DNA of 63,865 nt, counting the filler, from an uncultured Methanosarcinales archaeon (GTDB taxonomy: Archaea; Nanobdellota; Nanobdellia; Woesearchaeales; JAGLXL01), in assembly GCA_964472345.1 (NCBI GenBank). It is 4 parts of 4 records of this genome, joined end to end, with 100 filler letters (N's around TTAATTAATTAA, not from the genome) between each part and the next. Parts side by side here need not be neighbours in the genome. Positions count along the whole stretch, not along the records: positions 40,227 to 59,634 come from CAYYLB010000016.1; positions 59,735 to 63,865 come from CAYYLB010000083.1; 2 more parts are not named here. One strand, given 5' to 3'. The notes under the pieces are model-generated. The model saw only the letters and a program-made list of their open reading frames with translations. It was not told the origin of the DNA and made no database searches. Positions 57,860 to 63,865 of this stretch are shown one piece after another (position 1 is the first letter of the stretch; every line of letters begins with the position of its first letter). A program made the position numbers and the translations under genes.

Positions 57860-58300
57860 TCACCCTTTCGCCGGATTGATAACCTTCACGCCGGGGATTC
57901 GGGAGAAGCCTTTTTCATCCCCAGTGTATATTGTGAAGATGTCGTTCTCGATCATCGTCGCTCCGATGAGTGCATCCCAGAACGGGACGTGCGCGGTTGC
58001 AGCGAGCGCCGCCGCCCTCCGGAGCGTCGCTGCCGTATAATTCACTTTAACCCAATAATCGCTGGAGAGGAACAGTTCGAGCAGCTCCTGCGCCTCATCG
58101 CTGCCGATGGGATGGTCGGCTTTCCTTGTGATCACAAAGAGAAACTCCGCGAGCACCTGGTTGGATACGGCAAGCCGCGTCTTCCCCTCAAAGCAGGATA
58201 GGACAAGGCGCCGGCACGCTTCCTGCCGCTCCCTGTCGTGGGCAGATTGCTCGTACGAATAGACAATGATGTTGGTGTCAACAAATGCCTTAGCGCTCAT
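57860..58300 (-). CDS. vapC: PIN-domain toxin
   Basis: AFVDTNIIVY, QVLAEF, FWDALI, YTGDEKGF. Confidence 0.9.
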   Translation of the reverse strand: MSAKAFVDTNIIVYSYEQSAHDRERQEACRRLVLSCFEGKTRLAVSNQVLAEFLFVITRKADHPIGSDEAQELLELFLSSDYWVKVNYTAATLRRAAALAATAHVPFWDALIGATMIENDIFTIYTGDEKGFSRIPGVKVINPAKG

Positions 58301-58529
58301 GCAGCTCTTCCCGCGCCGTGTAGCGGAGCCTGCCAAGGCGGTGGCCTTTCCCCCAGAGTGCTGCTGCCCTGCGCGCAATCTCTTCTTGCCGGTGCTCCCC
58401 CACCCATCTCTTCATTGCCTCCGTGACTGCATCGCCCAGATAGCCCTTCCGCCCGCCGTACGCCTCTTTCGCGTGCTCGCGGAACGTGCGCTCAACGTCC
58501 GTTTCAACACTGATGGTGATGGTCGTCAT
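58290..58529 (-). CDS. RHH antitoxin
   Basis: MTTITISVETDVERTFR...KGYLGDAVTEAM...REELHER; overlaps the toxin start. Confidence 0.82.
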   Translation of the reverse strand: MTTITISVETDVERTFREHAKEAYGGRKGYLGDAVTEAMKRWVGEHRQEEIARRAAALWGKGHRLGRLRYTAREELHER

Positions 58530-58647
58530 GCTACCTACGTAATAAGAACAAGTATTTAAATATTTCTTCGGACTACGTACAAAAGACCGGCGGCTCCTGC
58601 TCGACTTTTACCGGAAAGAGATCGAGAACCTGCTCAAGGACTAGCAC

Positions 58648-58788
58648 TCACCGCACGCGCCGGACACGCCCTTCCTTGATGTCCTTCAGGCCTGCCATCA
58701 ATCCATGGAGGAGCTCAACATCGATTGCCGCCTGCTTTTTCAGCTGCTCATATTCTCCCTTTGGGATTGTTATTGTTTCCGTTACCAT
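58648..58788 (-). CDS. Orphan small antitoxin-like protein
   Basis: MVTETITIPKGEYEQLKKQAAIDVELLHGLMAGLKDIKEGRVRRVR. Confidence 0.6.
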   Translation of the reverse strand: MVTETITIPKGEYEQLKKQAAIDVELLHGLMAGLKDIKEGRVRRVR

Positions 58789-58823
58789 GGGTTATGGAGA
58801 CACGCCAGCGTTCATAAGCTTTC

Positions 58824-59543
58824 CTACCCAAAATAGCTCAGCGTCTTCTTCTTCTGCAGGTCGGTCGTCTGCTGCGCCTGGCTCACAAGCAGCTTCAGCT
58901 TCTGCTCAAACGCCTCCGCCTGCTTGATCAGCGGCTTCGGGTCGACATCAAGCTCAAGATAGGCGTCCAGCGCCCTGATGATCTCTGCCGCGGCCTTGCT
59001 GTCCGGCAGGTTGCTGTGCGTCTCCGCAAAGATCGCAGTCACCGGCGTCGGGCAGTCCCCCGCGCACGCCAGCAGCGCTCCCGTCACGCCGACGACGATC
59101 CCTTCCTGCAGCGGCTTGGCGATCTTGTCCAGCGCCGCCTTCTTCTTCGCATCGGTGGTGAAGTAATAGACATTCGTGGTGTTGCTCGGCTTGGCGCTTC
59201 CCACCCCTTCCACGGAGATGATCTCCTTCGCCTGGAGCTCAGCAGCGAGCTGCTGGATCACCTTTGCCATCGTCCAGCCTGCGCCGTCCCCTGCGCTGAT
59301 CGAGTGCAGCAGCACGAGGTTGTACTTCTTGTTGTAATGCACGCTCACCGGCTCGATGAGCTTGTTGTTGTGCACCGCGATGATTGCCGGCACGTTGTCC
59401 ACGAGCACGCTGCCGATCTGATCCGTCTTCAGGTGCTCGACAAGGAATTCCGTCGTGATGGTGCCGATGAGCCCGATGCCCGGAAAGCCGTCGAGGATCG
59501 TCACCCCTTTCGGCTTTTTCTTGAGGACAAGCTGGACAGTCAT
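58824..59543 (-). CDS. PAC2 family proteasome assembly chaperone
   Basis: GFPGIGLIG, GIVVGVTGALL, PDSKAAA, LIKQAEAFE. Confidence 0.9.
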   Translation of the reverse strand: MTVQLVLKKKPKGVTILDGFPGIGLIGTITTEFLVEHLKTDQIGSVLVDNVPAIIAVHNNKLIEPVSVHYNKKYNLVLLHSISAGDGAGWTMAKVIQQLAAELQAKEIISVEGVGSAKPSNTTNVYYFTTDAKKKAALDKIAKPLQEGIVVGVTGALLACAGDCPTPVTAIFAETHSNLPDSKAAAEIIRALDAYLELDVDPKPLIKQAEAFEQKLKLLVSQAQQTTDLQKKKTLSYFG

Positions 59544-59634
59544 ACGGGAGGAGAAAGGAACGCTGTTTATAAACGCTTCGCTCGTTCCGGCGGCAGGCTA
59601 TCGCGTCTCGCCGGCTTCATCCCTGCTGCAGCAG

Positions 59635-59734
59635 NNNNNNNNNNNNNNNNNNNNNNNNNNNNNNNNNNNNNNNNNNNNTTAATTAATTAANNNNNNNNNN
59701 NNNNNNNNNNNNNNNNNNNNNNNNNNNNNNNNNN
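59635..59734. other. Artificial contig linker
   Basis: N-run with TTAATTAATTAA. Confidence 0.97.
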
Positions 59735-60713
59735 AGAGAGCGGCAGTTTGATGTTGTCCATCTTATCGGAAGCAGCTTAGGGTGTGCTGAGCGGCTACGG
59801 AAGCTGATATCCATTCCTCTTGTATCAACTATTGAAAGTTATATTGCACTGTGCCCCAAAGGAGACTTTTTGTGCGGGAAGAAAGCAGATGCGGCTCGAT
59901 GGCCGTTTGGGCGGTTTGTTTCCTGTCTGCTCTATTCGGATGAAATCGGAAAAACGAGAAACCGTTTTTATCTGAAGTACAACCCCCTCTTCTGGTTTGG
60001 GAGCTATTCACGCTTTGTGCAGCTTGAAAGGAACCTCCGGTTCGTGAGCCTAATCGCCGTCAGCCGGTTCGTGCACGACGTCCTGAAAAAAAATGATGGG
60101 CTGGAAAGCGCCGTGGTGCCGAATTTCATTGATATCGCCGCGTTCCGGAGGCCGCTGTTGAGGAGCATGGCACCAAACAGGAAGCCCGTCGTCGTTTATC
60201 TTGGGGCGCTTGCGGAGCACAAAGGGCCGCAGGTGCTTTTAGAGGCGGCTGTTGGTCTTGATTGCCGCATCGAATTGTACGGCGACGGGCCTTTGCGGGA
60301 GCAGCTGCTCGCGTTCATTGCGGAGCATGAGCTTGATGCGGAAATCTATGCGCCGGTGCCCTATGAGCAGGTTCCCCAAATCTATGCACGTGCCGATCTC
60401 GTGGCTTTTCCGTCGCTCTGGCCGGAGCCGTTCGGGAGGATCGCGATTGAAGCGCTGGCTGCAGGCGTGCCGGTGGTCGGCTCTGCAGCAGGGGCCATTG
60501 CCGAGACCATCCCTCCGAAGGCAGGAATCCTTGTCGAGCCGGGAAATGCCGGACAGCTGCGGGAGGCGATNNNNNNNNNNTGCGCGGCGCACAGAGCGGA
60601 AGAAAGCGGCATCTTCTACGCGGAAAATGGTTGCCGCACGCTACGGCAAGGAGCGCGTCGTCGCGCAGATGCTGAAGTTCTATGCTGCCCTGGCTTCTGC
60701 CAACCCGCAGTAA
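59735..60713 (+). CDS. Glycosyltransferase family 4 (5'-partial; 10-N gap at 60571-60580 shifts the frame)
   Basis: IAVSRFV, VVPNFID, HKGP, PSLWPEPFGRIAIEALAAGVPVV. Confidence 0.88.
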
Positions 60714-60728
60714 AATTACTTCTTTTAA

Positions 60729-61790
60729 GTGATAACATTAGAAAGCTTTATAAGCCGGAATAATGCTCATCTGCCCATGGTCAATACGCTCCTTGCCCAC
60801 TGGAATGAACCGCCGAGGCTTGAGGTCAGGCTTCACGATTCTTTTCCCCTCGCCGAAGCGACGGGCGTCCCGCAAGCATTTGGTGCGGAAGAGCCGAACT
60901 GGGATATGCTGCGCGGGCGGTATGGTCCTGGAGTTTACATCAACCCCGGCACGCCTCTTGAGTGGAGGGAAGTGAGTCTCGCGACAGCGCGCTCGCTTGA
61001 GGACTGCTTGCGCGCAGAGGGCGGCGTCGTATCCTTCGACGGCTTCAAGATAGACTCATTCACGATTCAGGCGCAGCGCAAACCACCTGCAGGGAACTTC
61101 AATAACTTTTCCTACCTCGAGACGGGCATCTACTGCTTCATGCTCTCGCCCGATGAAGAGAACATCATCGTCGGGACGCGAGGGGGGAGCGAGAGCATCG
61201 GGCAGGTGATTGCCGCTCCGGTAGGGAGTGTGGGCTACCCAAAAGGGAACCTATGGATAGATCCCATCACCGACGCCGTTCTTGCTGAAGCGCATGAGGA
61301 GCTTGGCCTGTTGCCGGGAAGTTACACTGCTCAGTTTGTAGGCCTGTTCCGGCAGGAGCCCGGGAGCGCTGCACCATCCAACAATTTTTTCTATGTCGCA
61401 CAGCTGAAAATCCCCCCTGAGTGGGTGGTGCGGTGCCATACCCAAGCCATGGAACTTTACCGGAATTTCAAGCGGGAGGCTAAAGGAACGGATCAGGAAA
61501 AAGAATTCGCTGCGCGAGGCCTCCTTGCCCAAATGGCTGAGGGAGATTTGACCATCCCGCGCGACGCATGGGAGAATGAGCACCTCCGGCTGCTTCCAAA
61601 CAATCCTGAGCAACTTATCAGCGCATTGCGCCCCTCAATGGAAAGAAATGAGCTTAAGCATGGCATGTACGGGGCACTTGCGCTGTACTTTCTGCACGCT
61701 TTTGGGAAGCAGTGGTACGGGAAGCTGCTTGACGTACCTAAAGTGAAGGGGGAGATCAAAGAAGGGCCTCTCCTGCAGCGCATCATCTAA
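60729..61790 (+). CDS. NUDIX-fold protein
   Basis: IIVGTRG..APVGS..AVLAEAHEELGL Nudix-box-like; start possibly ATG 60777. Confidence 0.6.
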   Translation: MITLESFISRNNAHLPMVNTLLAHWNEPPRLEVRLHDSFPLAEATGVPQAFGAEEPNWDMLRGRYGPGVYINPGTPLEWREVSLATARSLEDCLRAEGGVVSFDGFKIDSFTIQAQRKPPAGNFNNFSYLETGIYCFMLSPDEENIIVGTRGGSESIGQVIAAPVGSVGYPKGNLWIDPITDAVLAEAHEELGLLPGSYTAQFVGLFRQEPGSAAPSNNFFYVAQLKIPPEWVVRCHTQAMELYRNFKREAKGTDQEKEFAARGLLAQMAEGDLTIPRDAWENEHLRLLPNNPEQLISALRPSMERNELKHGMYGALALYFLHAFGKQWYGKLLDVPKVKGEIKEGPLLQRII

Positions 61791-61831
61791 AAACCTTAAT
61801 AAGCCACCCCCGTCACTCTCTGGCGAGAAGC

Positions 61832-62525
61832 ATGAGACGAGAAGGTTGGGACAAGGTGAAGGCATTGGCAACAAGGGAACTGCTCCTCAAGCCCCTCAAC
61901 CGGCTGCTCCAGCCGCTCGTGAAGCTCATCTACCGGTACACCCCGCTTGTCCCAAATCACATCACGGGAGCGAACGTCATCGTCGGGCTTGCGGCGCTCT
62001 TCTTCATGGCAGTGAGCGGGCACCTGCCGGGGCTGTTCGGCCTCACCGAGTATGGGCTGCGGCTCGCCGGCGCGCTGCTGACGACGNNNNNNNNNNCTCT
62101 ACATCTGCCTCGACTCCATGGACGGCCAGCTGGCGCGCGGCGGCAACATGAAGAGCGAGTTCGGGCACTGGTTCGACTCGACGCTCGACTCGGTCATGTT
62201 CCCTCTCTTCCTGCTGGCGCTGGGCATCGGGATGGATGATTACTGGTCTCTTGTCATCGGCGCTTTCGCAGCGCTCTGCTTCCCCCTCCAGTTCCTGCTC
62301 CAGTTCAAGTTCAAGCTCGACACGCCGCAGCTGCTTGACGGATCGCCGCTCGCGACGAGGAGCAGGCTCCGCTACCTGTATGGCGGCGCGGTCTTCTACT
62401 GGCTGAACCTGGTCTTTGCGCTCCTCGGCCGGCCGCTGTATACGCTTGTGTTCTTTGCGGCGTTCGGGAATGCGTTCTGGATGGGGATCCTGTTCTTCCA
62501 GGGTCTTGCGGTGAGGAAGAAGTAG
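61832..62525 (+). CDS. CDP-alcohol phosphatidyltransferase (split by 10-N gap at 62087-62096)
   Basis: PNHIT; LDSMDGQLAR...GHWFDSTLD matches the DxxDGxxAR...GxxxDxxxD motif. Confidence 0.88.
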
Positions 62526-62698
62526 GGGTGAAGGCGTGCCCTCTGCTTGTAGCACCAACGAATGCGGATGGGCTCCTACGGCCTGTGCACGGCTGCTTGA
62601 GGCGACTGCGGCGCAGCCCATCATAGCGGGTGAATAGTCACTTTTTAGTGGTTAAATAATAGAAATGTTTATAAAGCCAAGCTGGCGAAGCCCTGCCC

Positions 62699-63598
62699 AT
62701 GAGCGGTTATGGGAAAGAGCTAAGAGTGGCACTGCAGCTTGCGGAAGAGGCGGGTAGAGTTCTGTTGGGCTATGCGGCACGAGGGGACACCAAACCATCA
62801 ACGAAGGCGGATGGAACGCCTGTGCGCAATGCTGATCTAGAGTCTCAAAAGCTGATCGGCGAAGGCCTGCAAAAAGCTTTTCGGCTCGATGGGATTGTCG
62901 CCGAAGAGGACACGACAAGGAACCCCCACCCAGAGGCGCCGCGGCAATGGTACGTTGACCCGCTCGATGGGACGGCAGGCTATCCTCATGAGCCATATGC
63001 GGTGATGATCGGTTTGGCAAAGGGCAGAAAGCCGGTCCTGGGGGTTGTGCTTGTTCTGGACCCCAAGGTTCGTGGTAAGCCCATAATGTATTATGCTTGC
63101 GATGGCAAGGCGTACGTAATGAGTGGTAAGAGAGGCTGGAGATGGAGCGGCCCTTCTGAGCTGCCCATCATGCGCCCCCACAAAAATAATGTTACCCACG
63201 AAAATAATGTTATCATACAAGCTGGGAAGTTTGACGAAGATGATATTGCTCGTTTGGTACGCGAAGAGTTCGGTGATTCCATCAGGATAAGGTATGGCAG
63301 CGCGCTCGGTTTTAACATATGCGACGTGGCAGGGGGGGCGGCAAGTGCGGCTATCGACTTCCGCGGAGCAGATCAAACAGCGGTCGGAGGCCCCTGGGAC
63401 ACCTGCGCGCCGGAAGCGATTGTCCGGGTGGCTGGCGGGAAGATGACTGATCTCAGGCAGAAGAAGTTTTGTTATGACGGGAAGGTTTGGAAGCCCTATG
63501 GCGCGGTAACCGCAGCAAGCGAGGAAGCGCACAAAAAAGCCATGCGCGTCGCCAGCGAAAGCATGCGGACCTTGCGCGGCGAGCACCAGCATCCGTGA
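62699..63598 (+). CDS. Inositol monophosphatase/CysQ family phosphatase
   Basis: KADGTPVRNAD, AEED, YVDPLDGT, GPWDTCA. Confidence 0.88.
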   Translation: MSGYGKELRVALQLAEEAGRVLLGYAARGDTKPSTKADGTPVRNADLESQKLIGEGLQKAFRLDGIVAEEDTTRNPHPEAPRQWYVDPLDGTAGYPHEPYAVMIGLAKGRKPVLGVVLVLDPKVRGKPIMYYACDGKAYVMSGKRGWRWSGPSELPIMRPHKNNVTHENNVIIQAGKFDEDDIARLVREEFGDSIRIRYGSALGFNICDVAGGAASAAIDFRGADQTAVGGPWDTCAPEAIVRVAGGKMTDLRQKKFCYDGKVWKPYGAVTAASEEAHKKAMRVASESMRTLRGEHQHP

Positions 63599-63647
63599 CC
63601 TAAACCTTTATAAAAACCGCATCGCGGGAACAGCACCGTTGGTGCAC

Positions 63648-63865
63648 ATGAGCATGACGGAAACGGCCAAGCACATCAGCTACGGGAACGTGAAGTCCTT
63701 CTGGGACGATGAGTACAAGAGCCCGGACTTCCACTACGGGCAGGGCTGGCACTCGGTGAACGAGGACTTCAGCAAGCTACGGTTCCGCTGGGAGATCCGG
63801 CGCTATGCCAGGCTCTTCAGCGTGCGGGAGCGGGGCGCGGACACACTGCTTGATCTCGGATGCGG
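63648..63865 (+). CDS. Class I SAM-dependent methyltransferase (3'-partial)
   Basis: Open frame from ATG 63648 reaching LLDLGC(G) at the window edge; TATA upstream. Confidence 0.7.
   Translation, partial: MSMTETAKHISYGNVKSFWDDEYKSPDFHYGQGWHSVNEDFSKLRFRWEIRRYARLFSVRERGADTLLDLGC

Noticed and set aside
60571..62096. Apparent frameshifts in the GT4 and CDP-alcohol phosphotransferase genes
   Set aside because: Both coincide with 10-N scaffold gaps of arbitrary length, so they are neither programmed frameshifts nor pseudogenes

Overview
Archaeal genomic DNA, most consistent with a DPANN (Woesearchaeota-like) metagenome-assembled genome; the taxonomy is inferred from gene content and protein style. 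It consists of four contigs joined by artificial 100-nt N/TTAATTAATTAA linkers (20046-20145, 40127-40226, 59635-59734), so adjacency across linkers is not biological. Housekeeping content: nadM, a D-2-hydroxyacid dehydrogenase, deoC, two Ig-fold surface proteins, intron-containing tRNA-Trp, rtcA, EF-1beta, trm1, the rnp2-psmA-SBDS-rrp4-rrp41-rrp42-rpoK superoperon, a divergent de novo purine cluster, msrAB, pdaD, a PAC2 chaperone and several toxin-antitoxin pairs. Five observations stand out. (1) An Lrp-linked cluster encodes a TyrRS/TrpRS-like protein lacking HIGH/KMSKS (CDPS-like YxxxE), a translationally coupled Asp/Glu-type racemase and an aromatic amino-acid hydroxylase; this is a candidate tRNA-dependent peptide or D-amino-acid pathway. 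(2) Two non-autonomous elements share terminal inverted repeats and have 8-bp target duplications, and both sit at the same offset immediately upstream of a BRE/TATA promoter, suggesting promoter-targeted transposition. (3) An AT-rich EcoRI-type methylase plus DUF262-HNH cassette is bracketed by segmented inverted repeats. (4) The tRNA-Trp intron looks like a minimal C/D-type guide for C34. (5) A roughly 170-nt structured element starts directly after the msrA stop codon. All family assignments come from motif recognition by eye; no searches were run.
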